Assembly: GCA_963826715.1 (NCBI GenBank)
Contig: CAWGYA010000007.1
Coordinates: 32,001 to 96,000, forward strand
DNA: 64,000 nucleotides
From: Candidatus Bathyarchaeota archaeon
Lineage (GTDB): Archaea; Thermoproteota; Bathyarchaeia; Bathyarchaeales; Bathycorpusculaceae
Direction of reading: 5' to 3'
Part shown: piece after piece, positions 52,211 to 60,917 of the stretch
Layout of the letters: each line of letters starts with the position of its first letter
Numbering within the stretch: position 1 is the first letter of the stretch
Made by a program: the position numbers and the translations under genes
The notes under the pieces: model-generated
Databases searched by the model: none
What the model saw: the letters and a program-made list of their open reading frames with translations, nothing else
Told to the model about the DNA's origin: nothing

Positions 52211-53205
52211 GTGAGTTAGAAGATCCCGTAGCTACCTTGTTGAGGCTGATTAATAGTCGAATTCGAATAACCAAAGACAACGGTGATGCTGCTAAGTTGT
52301 TGGCTACGGAGGCAGCGTTTGACCGCGAAATACTGCTCAAAGAGTATGACGCCCAAATTACTCTTCAAGTTGACCCTGTTTTAGGCGTTCAAGACCAAAA
52401 GCTAAACCTTTCTGGTAGCAAAAGGCGTTTGGTGCATTTCTTCAAGTGCACGGTTCACTCTATCGATAAGACTGCTCCTGGTGCTGATGTAGGCAGGGTC
52501 ATGCGCAACAAGGTCACTGAGCAGATTAAAGCGATTATCCGCGAGAACAGAACCTTGCCCTATGAGACGGCTTATAATTTTGCTGGGCTCGGCTATCCAT
52601 CAGGTGACCCGCATAAGGCGTATTCTGTGGGTGCCGCCTCGGAGTTGGCGCCGTCCGCTGCGGGTTGGGCTGAGCTTTCAGCTGTGGGTTATCAAGACAT
52701 TTGGTACAGCAACAATGTCCGCTATTCTAAGAGTGCAGCCGTTAACAATCAGTATGGCTTGATGTTGTTTAGGTTCAAGGTTGGGTCTAGAGAGCAATGC
52801 GTCAAGTCTTTGGTGCTGAGTTTTGAAGGCTATGGCACTGCACCTGGTGGCAACGGTGTAACGGTTAAGGTTTGGAATCATGTCACGGGTGCTTGGCAGT
52901 ATGCGCAATATGGAACCGCAGCCGCAGACGAAGCCCTGGCAATTACGATTTCGGCGAACTGGACAGATTACGTGGACTCTGACGACTATGTTTGGATGAT
53001 TGCCCGAACCACAAATCCCAGCAACGGCATAACCCCCGCCGTGCTCCACTGTGACTTTGTGCAGTTGATCGTTCAGGTTCGGGGAATCACTAACTGCGAC
53101 GTCGTGAGCTACAAGCTCATAGATGTTGTTGAGGTTAAGCCGTTTCTCTTCAAAACTGAGTTGGTATTGAAGGGTTGGGCTTTTGAGGACATAACTTTAG
53201 GCTAA
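52207..53205 (+). CDS. tail terminator-like protein with inserted beta-sandwich
   Basis: Directly precedes the tail tube; N- and C-terminal alpha/beta halves flank an aromatic-rich insertion. Confidence 0.5.
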   Translation: MSELEDPVATLLRLINSRIRITKDNGDAAKLLATEAAFDREILLKEYDAQITLQVDPVLGVQDQKLNLSGSKRRLVHFFKCTVHSIDKTAPGADVGRVMRNKVTEQIKAIIRENRTLPYETAYNFAGLGYPSGDPHKAYSVGAASELAPSAAGWAELSAVGYQDIWYSNNVRYSKSAAVNNQYGLMLFRFKVGSREQCVKSLVLSFEGYGTAPGGNGVTVKVWNHVTGAWQYAQYGTAAADEALAITISANWTDYVDSDDYVWMIARTTNPSNGITPAVLHCDFVQLIVQVRGITNCDVVSYKLIDVVEVKPFLFKTELVLKGWAFEDITLG

Positions 53206-53220
53206 TGGAGTATGCAAAGA

Positions 53221-54090
53221 ATGGTTGAAACCTATAGCGCAGACCAAGAACGCATCTACTACATAGCGGAAGCAACCAAAGGCACAACGCCAACAGTGAC
53301 ACCCGCAATGCTTGGAGTGCCCCATGAATCAATCAACCCAGGCTTTAACCCGAGCAATCTGCTGCTGCGAAGCGGCGGAAACTATGACCTCTTTGCCATC
53401 AAAAAAGGCGTTCGCGTGCCCTCTCTCAAAGTTGCCTATATTGTGCCCTCGGCAGCGCCGATCGACCTGTTGCAATACACCAAGATAGACCTGGATAAGA
53501 CCTTGAGCGTTCAAGCATTATACTATAAAGGCTCTTGGGCATCAGCAACCGACATCATTTCACTGCTATACAACTACATGCGGATTGGCAAGGCCAGCGT
53601 TACCTGCGAAATTGATGATGTTCTCAAAGCCAGTCTGGAAATGGTAGGTCAGAACCTCATTACGGGCACGGCAAAACTGACTGATGCAACTTACACGGAT
53701 TATGCGGGTGCAGTGGCATTCAACGAAACCGATGTTACCATTGGGGGAGCTGCAAACGATCGGGTTGTAAGCTGGAAATTCGACGTAAACAACAATCCTA
53801 AACAGGTGCCCGTTATCCGCAGCACCAACGGCTATCTAGCCAAATACATTCCTTTTGGCAATCGGCAACTAAGCGGTGAAGTTCGCTTTGAGTTTGAGAG
53901 CAAAGCAGAGATGGACAATGCCCTCGCTGATACCGAGTTCAACATTCGTTTTGGGCTTGGCGGTACCGCGTATGCTCAGATGGAGGCGGCCAAATGGAGT
54001 AACATAACCAGCGAGAAGTGGCTTGACGACTTAATCGCGGTTAGGGCACAGTTTGACGCAAAAGGACCGCTTAGCATAGCGGCAAGCTAA
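53221..54090 (+). CDS. tail tube (major tail) protein
   Basis: YIAEATKGTTP, VVSWKFDVNNN, GNRQLSGEVRFEF. Confidence 0.8.
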   Translation: MVETYSADQERIYYIAEATKGTTPTVTPAMLGVPHESINPGFNPSNLLLRSGGNYDLFAIKKGVRVPSLKVAYIVPSAAPIDLLQYTKIDLDKTLSVQALYYKGSWASATDIISLLYNYMRIGKASVTCEIDDVLKASLEMVGQNLITGTAKLTDATYTDYAGAVAFNETDVTIGGAANDRVVSWKFDVNNNPKQVPVIRSTNGYLAKYIPFGNRQLSGEVRFEFESKAEMDNALADTEFNIRFGLGGTAYAQMEAAKWSNITSEKWLDDLIAVRAQFDAKGPLSIAAS

Positions 54091-54103
54091 TGGTGATCTA
54101 AAA

Positions 54104-54627
54104 ATGGAGACTGCAAAAGTAAAAATCGATAAGCGTTTTGGCGAGCAATTTGTAGGCGACTATGAATTCCGCCAAATTACCCAGGGAGAATACGAGCGGG
54201 TACTCGTTAGCTATATGGATTCAGCGGGCAAAGTTCCAAAAACGGATATTCTCAAAGTTAACCGGGAATGCCTCTGGATGTCACTTGTTAGCCAGCCCGC
54301 CTCAAAACCTCTCTTTAAAGACCTCATAGTTCAAGGGCGACTCCCCTATGGTCTCAGCTTAAAGTTGCAGGAAGTCTACGATAACGTCAATGGCATTGAG
54401 ATGGATGAGCAGCGTTTTTTATCATCGCCATTCGAGGAAAACGACCAAACCCAAGGCTCACAAAGTTCGTTATGTGTGAGCGATTCGGCTGGACAGAGCA
54501 AGAATACAATGCCACAAGCAGACAGACAATTGTAGAGTTCTCCACTATCTTGCGAACTTTAGATGAGATGGCAGAAGGCGAAGCAAAAAAAGCAGAACAG
54601 GAAAAAAGAAAATGTCCGTCGAAGTAG
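54104..54627 (+). CDS. tail assembly chaperone G (to 54535) and GT (-1 frameshift, to 54627)
   Basis: T TTT TTA at 54415-54421; -1 frame gives ...FVMCERFGWTEQEY...CPSK*. Confidence 0.8.
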
Positions 54628-54980
54628 ACTTTGATATTCAAGGTGTGGACGAATTTGTTGCGGCAATGCAGCGCCTTGACAAGGCTATGCAGGAGAGGGT
54701 CCGCGTTTGGCTCTACGATTGGGCGCAGCGATTAGTTGCTGAGGCGAAACGTAGTGCTCCTGTACGCACGGGTTATCTTCAAAGCAAAATCTACGCTATG
54801 GCACATGAATGGGTCGTAGAAATTGGAGCAGGGGCAGCTTATAGCTACTTTGTGGAATTCGGCACCCGCTACATGTCTGCTCACCCATTTCTGTATCCTG
54901 CAGTGCAAGCGTTTCTTCCCGAGTTAGAGACTAACATCGTAGGTGCCATTGAGCAAGCAAAAGCGGAGGCTGGATTGTGA
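54612..54980 (+). CDS. HK97 gp10-like tail completion protein
   Basis: AKRSAPVRTGYLQSKI, YSYFVEFGTRYMSAHPFLYPA. Confidence 0.9.
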   Translation: MSVEVDFDIQGVDEFVAAMQRLDKAMQERVRVWLYDWAQRLVAEAKRSAPVRTGYLQSKIYAMAHEWVVEIGAGAAYSYFVEFGTRYMSAHPFLYPAVQAFLPELETNIVGAIEQAKAEAGL

Positions 54981-55519
54981 GTTTTAGAGAAATAACCCTA
55001 TCTATTCGGGCAATCAACCGAGCAAGCAGCGAGTTTAATCGTATTCAAACAGACGCCGAACTTATGACAGCCCGCATCAAAAGCTTTGGAGCTGCCCTAG
55101 CTGGCATAGGCGCAGCAGGCACAGCCATCGGATACCTGGCTAACCAATTTGGGATTTTAAACGATGAGCAAACCAAAGTCTTCACAGGCACCATGATGCT
55201 TGTCTCAGTTATGGGCATGTTTCTGCGTACAAGCACCGGGTTAGCCGTAGCCCAAAAAGTCTATGCCGCCGCTTGCGCGTTTGCAACGGCAATCCAAAAC
55301 GCCCTAAACATCAGTTACGCAACCTTCCTGGCGCTTACTGGTGTGGGCATTGCTGTGATTGCCGCTGCCGCTGTAGCTATGTATGCCTTCGCCAGTAGCA
55401 TGAATACAGCAACGGCAAGCGTGCAGAACTTTAATGCTTCGGCAGCCGAGACGCCGACCAGAGTTAAAGGCATTACTCGTGCAGGAGACGCTGAGCTTGC
55501 TAGGCGAGGGATTGAGTAA
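54977..55519 (+). CDS. very short tape-measure-like protein
   Basis: ITLSIRAINRASSEF N-terminus typical of TMPs; Ala/Gly-rich hydrophobic helices; LTGVGIAVIAAAAVA. Confidence 0.65.
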   Translation: MSFREITLSIRAINRASSEFNRIQTDAELMTARIKSFGAALAGIGAAGTAIGYLANQFGILNDEQTKVFTGTMMLVSVMGMFLRTSTGLAVAQKVYAAACAFATAIQNALNISYATFLALTGVGIAVIAAAAVAMYAFASSMNTATASVQNFNASAAETPTRVKGITRAGDAELARRGIE

Positions 55520-57904
55520 ATGTCCACCGCTACCCCAAGTATCGCCTTAGTTTTTGGCGCCATAGCCCCTCCACAAGCCGATGTCGTTGAGCTTCTGGTG
55601 CATTTAGGCTGTAGTAAAGAAGTCAGCAGCTACGACATCACATTGCACAATCATAATGGCAAGTACAGCCCAAACGGCGCTTACCCCATAACCGTGGGGA
55701 TGGATGGCTCAATTAGCTTAGGGCGAACGCCCAATTGCCCGTTGCTTATGACGTTGCGGGTTGAAAAAGTCCACTATCAAAGCTCGCCTATAGAAAGCTA
55801 CTTGACTGTTTCTGGGCGCTGCTGGGGTGAGCGGCTGTTTCGGCGAGTAGTTACGGCAACTTATTCGGGCTTGAAGGGCGAGGAAATTGTTAAGGACCTG
55901 ATGGATTATTATGCGGGTCTTAGCCACAATAGAAGCGGCGTTGAACTCGTCGAAAACACAGACACGCCCTATACAGAGCTCAAACCCGAGGATTCACCTC
56001 TCTGGGACATACTCAAGTACGTTGCCGAATCAGCCGACAAAGCAGGCATAATAGGCTATGATTTTCGGGTTGCACCTGACGGCAAATTCGAGTTTTTCCC
56101 CAAACTCTCCAAAACAAACTCCACTGTAATCACCGAAAACATCGATACTACTGCAGAGTACGAAAAAGACATCACTCGCGTAAGAAACAAAGTTGTCGTC
56201 TACGGCTTAGCCGACAAAAGCTATCCTTCAAACAAAGTTGACTGGACAAATAGCCTAACGCCTTCGGATGGTTCTTGGAGCGGCTCAATAGGCACAGCAA
56301 GTCTTGACGCAACCGCAAACCCCACTGGCGGCGCTTGCATAAAACTCTCTGTTACCAGTAACTACGTAGGAGTGGTTGACCTTGACCTCGCTGCAGGCCA
56401 TGAAGTTAACTTTGATGCCTACCCCGTTCTGGATTTGCAGCTAAAAATTCAGGACACCTTTGCAGGAACAGGCTTCATTCTGCTAATGGACACTACAGGC
56501 AAATTTGCCTCCAAAACCATCTCTATTTCTCCAGACGAAGCCTTTCACGTTTTTGAGACTGGCGCTGGGTCGGCTTATGTTAATCAATGGGAGCGGGTTG
56601 ACTTAGGCTTTAATTGGGTTGCCGTCCAGAAAATTAGGGTTTCACTTGGCTTTTCAGGTGTTGGTAGCGGAAACTTTTGGGTCTATGCCCTCTACGCTGG
56701 GGGTCGCCGCTACTCTGGCGTTGCCGAAAGCACACCAAGCCAAACTGCCTATGGTCTGCGGGAATATGTGGAGGTTGATGAGGAACTTTGGAGCGATAGC
56801 GAATGTATTAGGCGGGCGTCTGCGCTTTTGGCGTATCTCAAAGACCCCGCCGAGCACTTGCACATAGTTAGCACCGTTTTAGATTATGGGACGTCGCCGA
56901 TTAAGGCAGGCGATAAAGTACACGCAGAGCTCCCAACGGAGGGCGTCAACAGTGACTTTAGAGCTGAAAGCGTTGAGTATCGGGTGCCAAAAGAGGACCC
57001 AACAAAGCTGGAAATAACTTTGGAGCTTGGCAAGGAACCGCCGCACCTAGCCGATTACCTCTATGGTCTACGTACCCACACGCCTAACGTTGAGAAGCTC
57101 AGCAGAACAAAGCTTGGCAAAAGAGGCGCTCCAATCGCCACGGGCGGCAGTGTATTAGGTGCCTCTCGGTTTACAACAAACGTTGAAGTCGATAAAACCT
57201 CCCCCGCGTTTAACTTGTTTATTTCAGGCGTTCATAAGGCTGCGTTTGGGCATGATGGAGCGAACACTTTTTTGGCAGCCATGGCGGGCGATCTTATTTT
57301 GGAATCAGCCATAAATCATTTAATCCGCCCCAACAGCGACGGCAGCGACGACCTTGGCAATGGTACCTTCCGCTTTGGCTCAGCGCACTTGAAGAATAAT
57401 CTATTTGTGGCCGGCGGGGAAGTAATCGCCAACACAGGCAGAATTAACATGTGGTCGATGCCGCGAGATACCTCTGGTTTGGTGCTTGAAGCCCAGGGAG
57501 CAGGCAACTATCCTATGTATGTAGACCCCAACGGCAGATATGCACCCGCCGCCCACAATCACGCCAACATGTACCCTGCAGGAGGAAACAATACCGGGTC
57601 ATGTGGGGACACATCGACTTATTGGCATGTGGTTGCAGGCGATAGCGTCTGGTACAATGCCCTTGGACACATGGACATGATAGATGACCTAGCTGCCATC
57701 AAGAAAATAAAACCCAGTGAAAGGACCGACAAAAAGGGTGTACCGTTAATTGATGCTAACTCTCTGCCTGAAGAGGTGCGATCTGGTGAGGGTTTAATTC
57801 ATGCTGGTCATTTGATGGGTCTAGCTCTGGGCGCTATCAGACAATTGAACGCTAAAGTTGACACTTTAGAAAAAGAGCTAAAGATGCTGCGGTGTGCTCA
57901 ATAG
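55520..57904 (+). CDS. tail-tip hub fused to fibre/receptor-binding region and C-terminal intramolecular chaperone (S74-like)
   Basis: Hub motifs SGRCWGERL, GYDFRVAPDGKFEF, NKVVVYG, YGLRE; C-terminal DDLAAIKKIKP...LPEEV...GAIRQLNAKVDTLE. Confidence 0.75.
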   Translation: MSTATPSIALVFGAIAPPQADVVELLVHLGCSKEVSSYDITLHNHNGKYSPNGAYPITVGMDGSISLGRTPNCPLLMTLRVEKVHYQSSPIESYLTVSGRCWGERLFRRVVTATYSGLKGEEIVKDLMDYYAGLSHNRSGVELVENTDTPYTELKPEDSPLWDILKYVAESADKAGIIGYDFRVAPDGKFEFFPKLSKTNSTVITENIDTTAEYEKDITRVRNKVVVYGLADKSYPSNKVDWTNSLTPSDGSWSGSIGTASLDATANPTGGACIKLSVTSNYVGVVDLDLAAGHEVNFDAYPVLDLQLKIQDTFAGTGFILLMDTTGKFASKTISISPDEAFHVFETGAGSAYVNQWERVDLGFNWVAVQKIRVSLGFSGVGSGNFWVYALYAGGRRYSGVAESTPSQTAYGLREYVEVDEELWSDSECIRRASALLAYLKDPAEHLHIVSTVLDYGTSPIKAGDKVHAELPTEGVNSDFRAESVEYRVPKEDPTKLEITLELGKEPPHLADYLYGLRTHTPNVEKLSRTKLGKRGAPIATGGSVLGASRFTTNVEVDKTSPAFNLFISGVHKAAFGHDGANTFLAAMAGDLILESAINHLIRPNSDGSDDLGNGTFRFGSAHLKNNLFVAGGEVIANTGRINMWSMPRDTSGLVLEAQGAGNYPMYVDPNGRYAPAAHNHANMYPAGGNNTGSCGDTSTYWHVVAGDSVWYNALGHMDMIDDLAAIKKIKPSERTDKKGVPLIDANSLPEEVRSGEGLIHAGHLMGLALGAIRQLNAKVDTLEKELKMLRCAQ

Positions 57905-58038
57905 TAACTGGCTGGCACAAAAGATTCCGCAATACGTCGAAGAAAAATGAACTGCTCGGTTATGTCGATTGCTTAGTTAAGGTTTCTTGACGAAAACACC
58001 TATAAAACGAAAGCGTTCTATCAATCTTCAGATAAAAC

Positions 58039-58980
58039 ATGAGAGCACATATTGCTTTACTTACGATCTGTCTCATTGTCTCTCTTTCAAGCCTTGCACT
58101 ACCTGTTAAAGCTCAAGAATTAGAACCGCTCAACCTAACAATCAAGCCAGATGGAAGCATTGAACCAGACACCGATGTTATTTGGCTTCAAAGAAACGGA
58201 AGCACATACACCTTTGTAGTAGATATTCTTGCTACCATAACAGTTCAAAGAGCAGGAATTACAATAGACGGAGCAGGACATACCCTTCAAGGCAACTCCA
58301 AATCATCAGGCCTCGGAGGGATAAATTTGGTTGGACATGACGAGACATTCAACGCTTACGGCAACGTCTTAGTGAAGAATCTTCGAATCATCGATTTCTT
58401 TGAAGGCATACGCACCCCCTCAAATAACAACAGCTTCATCGGCAACCGCTTTGAGAACACACGCATCCACATCCTGGGGGGACCAGCAGGAAACGTCGTA
58501 AAAAACAACTTTTTCATAAACTCAGAAATTTTTGTCGATTACAACTACGGAGGACACGATGCCATAACTGAAAACAACTTCTTTGACAGCAACATACTTG
58601 TTGATTTAGCGGATCCACCATCTGTGGATAGGAATTACTGGAGCAACTACACAACCAAATATTCTAACGCCACCCAAGTTGAAGGGCTGGGAATCTGGAA
58701 CACACCCTACGTAGATGATACTTACGCGTGGGCAACTGGCAGAAGTATTGACTACCATCCGTTAGTCAGCCCAATAACCGATTTCAAGATTCCCAACTTT
58801 GGCATCCTTGCAATGCCGACTTTGACACCTTACCCAACTATTAATACTGGTCCAGAGCCACCCAAGACAGACTTTCTTCTACCAATCTTAGTCATAGCCT
58901 CCATAGTGGCAGTGGCTGCTTTGGGTGCGGGTTTGATAGTTTATAGAAATAAACGTAAACATGTCTTAGCCGCTGGATAA
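58039..58980 (+). CDS. cargo: secreted NosD-like beta-helix surface protein
   Basis: Signal peptide, TIKPDGSI, ITIDGAGHTLQG, NYWSNY, DYHPL, C-terminal TM. Confidence 0.8.
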   Translation: MRAHIALLTICLIVSLSSLALPVKAQELEPLNLTIKPDGSIEPDTDVIWLQRNGSTYTFVVDILATITVQRAGITIDGAGHTLQGNSKSSGLGGINLVGHDETFNAYGNVLVKNLRIIDFFEGIRTPSNNNSFIGNRFENTRIHILGGPAGNVVKNNFFINSEIFVDYNYGGHDAITENNFFDSNILVDLADPPSVDRNYWSNYTTKYSNATQVEGLGIWNTPYVDDTYAWATGRSIDYHPLVSPITDFKIPNFGILAMPTLTPYPTINTGPEPPKTDFLLPILVIASIVAVAALGAGLIVYRNKRKHVLAAG

Positions 58981-59140
58981 TATTCCTTCTATCTTACAGT
59001 ATTTCGTTAGCTGACATTTTTCGTAGGACTTTTTTTGGTGCGAGCTGAGCGATTGCTCTTCTTCCCTCATGGAACTTAAATTTCGAATTCTAATTTTGAT
59101 CTGATTTTTCCTGTTAATGCTTCTTGGAGGTGAGTTTTGT

Positions 59141-59335
59141 TTGGTTGATGAGATAGAGGTATCTGAGAATAAGGAAGCCCTGATCGTTTTGGCTGGCACC
59201 GTTGCGGGTGCTGCTACTTCGTTTGTTGCTTCTTTGCCGATTCCGCTGGAGATTAAGGCTCCGGCTGCTGCGTTAGCATCCACTGTGACGGGTGCGATTC
59301 TGCTTTACTGGAAAAACAAAGTTAACAAGCAGTAA
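59141..59335 (+). CDS. small two-TM protein (holin candidate)
   Basis: GGAGGTGA SD + TTG; two TMs, basic C-terminus; poly-T terminator follows. Confidence 0.5.
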   Translation: MVDEIEVSENKEALIVLAGTVAGAATSFVASLPIPLEIKAPAAALASTVTGAILLYWKNKVNKQ

Positions 59336-59499
59336 GCATCCACTCTTCTTTCTTTTTTATTCTTTTCAGTCTTTTTTTTGGCATTTAAATTACTGTTTTA
59401 GCGGAAGCTATTTACGACGTACGTCAGAAGGTTAAGGTTGCAAGTTTATCAAGAATAAAAACAACAAAATTTAAACAGTTATCATGTTACTTCTTTAGC

Positions 59500-59823
59500 A
59501 TGGTTCGGAAGCCTGCGCCTAAAATATTCGTTTCAAACGAACTTGCCGAATGCTTAGAGAAGCTCAGGCCAGAACACAAGATTATCAGATGGATTAACGA
59601 TATGACGGGAGTCCTTAAGGAAAATATGTACGCTGGCGAATTGATCAGGAAAAGTCAGATCCCAAAACAATACATTGACAGGTACAACGTGAACAACCTT
59701 TATCGCTATAGTCACCCTGAAGGGTTCCGCTCATGCTACACAATTCTGAACGGTTGCCCATACATTCTGGACATTATGTCGCATCCTGAATATGATAAAG
59801 TGTTTGGGTATAAGACAACCTAA
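59500..59823 (+). CDS. RelE/ParE-like toxin
   Basis: IPKQYIDRYNVNNLYRY..PEGFRSCYTI...MSHPEYDKVFGY. Confidence 0.65.
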   Translation: MVRKPAPKIFVSNELAECLEKLRPEHKIIRWINDMTGVLKENMYAGELIRKSQIPKQYIDRYNVNNLYRYSHPEGFRSCYTILNGCPYILDIMSHPEYDKVFGYKTT

Positions 59824-59827
59824 ATGG

Positions 59828-60109
59828 TTAAGGGATTCTCACGCTTGACTTTATCAAGGCTTCCAGTTTAGGATTGTTGACTCCAGTGTAAATTATGCTG
59901 GCTCTATCGAAGCTGATTTTTCCAGAGGCTTCCAGATAATCCAGAATACGTTTGAACGTCTGGTACTGCATTTTTCTGGGTAAACTTTTCCAGAGCTCAG
60001 TTCTTGTGGGATACTCTGTGGCGTTAATTATGGCTTTTTCTACCATCAGGATAGTGTCTAGTTTGGGTTCGTGGAGAACCTCAGTTCGTATGTTTGCCAT
60101 ATCTCTCAC
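59828..60109 (-). CDS. small wHTH protein (candidate antitoxin/regulator)
   Basis: PKLDTILMVEKAI...TELWKSLPRKMQYQTFKRILDYLEASGKI. Confidence 0.65.
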   Translation of the reverse strand: MRDMANIRTEVLHEPKLDTILMVEKAIINATEYPTRTELWKSLPRKMQYQTFKRILDYLEASGKISFDRASIIYTGVNNPKLEALIKSSVRIP

Positions 60110-60147
60110 ATTGCCGTTTGTATAGTTGGTAATTAACTACCTAACTA

Positions 60148-60167
60148 ATCATATAAACTTATATGAT
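60148..60167. promoter_or_regulatory. perfect inverted repeat over the wHTH gene promoter
   Basis: ATCATATAA-AC-TTATATGAT. Confidence 0.6.
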
Positions 60168-60191
60168 GATTTAGACTGTATCTTTGGAGGA

Positions 60192-60272
60192 AATAAAAGT
60201 GCGACCCCTATCCTATTACTCCCATCCCACAAGTGCGGGCATCATTGCCTCGGATAGGCCTTACTCGCAGTT
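60192..60272 (-). ncRNA. candidate structured small RNA
   Basis: Nested stems TGCGA/TCGCA, CCTATCC/GGATAGG, CCCGCA/TGTGGG; TTTTAA box ~25 nt upstream; T-tract downstream. Confidence 0.45.
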
Positions 60273-60373
60273 AATCATTAAGTGTGGAAAGTCATTAAAA
60301 AGTTTGTGGTAGCCTACTCACTACACACAACATACTTTGACCCTGCAACGGTTTCTTCAATTTTTGTTTTCCA

Positions 60374-60904
60374 TTATGGCGGCGGTATATCAGAGGGCTC
60401 GAGTGCTACAAACAGTTCATAACCTGAAACGTCTTTTGCAGCATATTCTAGTTGAAGTTCAAAAAAGCCTGTTGCGCCTTTGTTGATTTGTGTTATTGAA
60501 AAGCCCGGTTGCGGTGAGGTAATAGTGAGGATGGGTTCGATTTTTTCTCCTGCAGTGTTATGAACGTTCGCTGTTATGGCAAAATAGTAATCTTTGTCAT
60601 AGTCATTTCTGATTGTACCGTTGATGATAATACAGGGGTCGCCTTTGTTAACTGAATAGTCGCCTGTTGCGCCTGAACGTGAGAAGCTTTCATCATATGA
60701 CCCATAAAAAAGTTGTGAATTAATTAAATAGACTTTAGTCTCAACTCCTCCTTGATAATTGCTTGGAAAATGCAGGTAGATTTCACTTTTTGATTGGACA
60801 ATTGAAGACGTTGTTGATTGATTCCACACATAATAGACTGATAAGATTAAAAAAAGGAAGAACAAGGAAACGGCAATTGATAACAGCACGCGTTTTCGTG
60901 TCAT
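60374..60904 (-). CDS. membrane-anchored protein with Ig-like domain
   Basis: N-terminal TM; CIIINGTIRNDY...ITANVHN. Confidence 0.7.
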   Translation of the reverse strand: MTRKRVLLSIAVSLFFLFLILSVYYVWNQSTTSSIVQSKSEIYLHFPSNYQGGVETKVYLINSQLFYGSYDESFSRSGATGDYSVNKGDPCIIINGTIRNDYDKDYYFAITANVHNTAGEKIEPILTITSPQPGFSITQINKGATGFFELQLEYAAKDVSGYELFVALEPSDIPPP

Positions 60905-60917
60905 TTTTTCAGCCTTT

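Larger units (their letters stand above)
32327..59335 (+). mobile_element. provirus of a head-tail (Caudoviricetes, siphovirus-like) archaeal virus; right boundary not seen
   Basis: Co-oriented terL, portal, protease, MCP, neck, tail tube, TAC, TMP and hub/fibre genes; GC visibly higher than flanks; att-like site at left. Confidence 0.92.

Noticed and set aside
59036-59058. TGGTGCGAGCTGAGCGATTG as a possible right att site
   Set aside because: Only the first 5 nt match the 32327 site and there is no T-arm consensus
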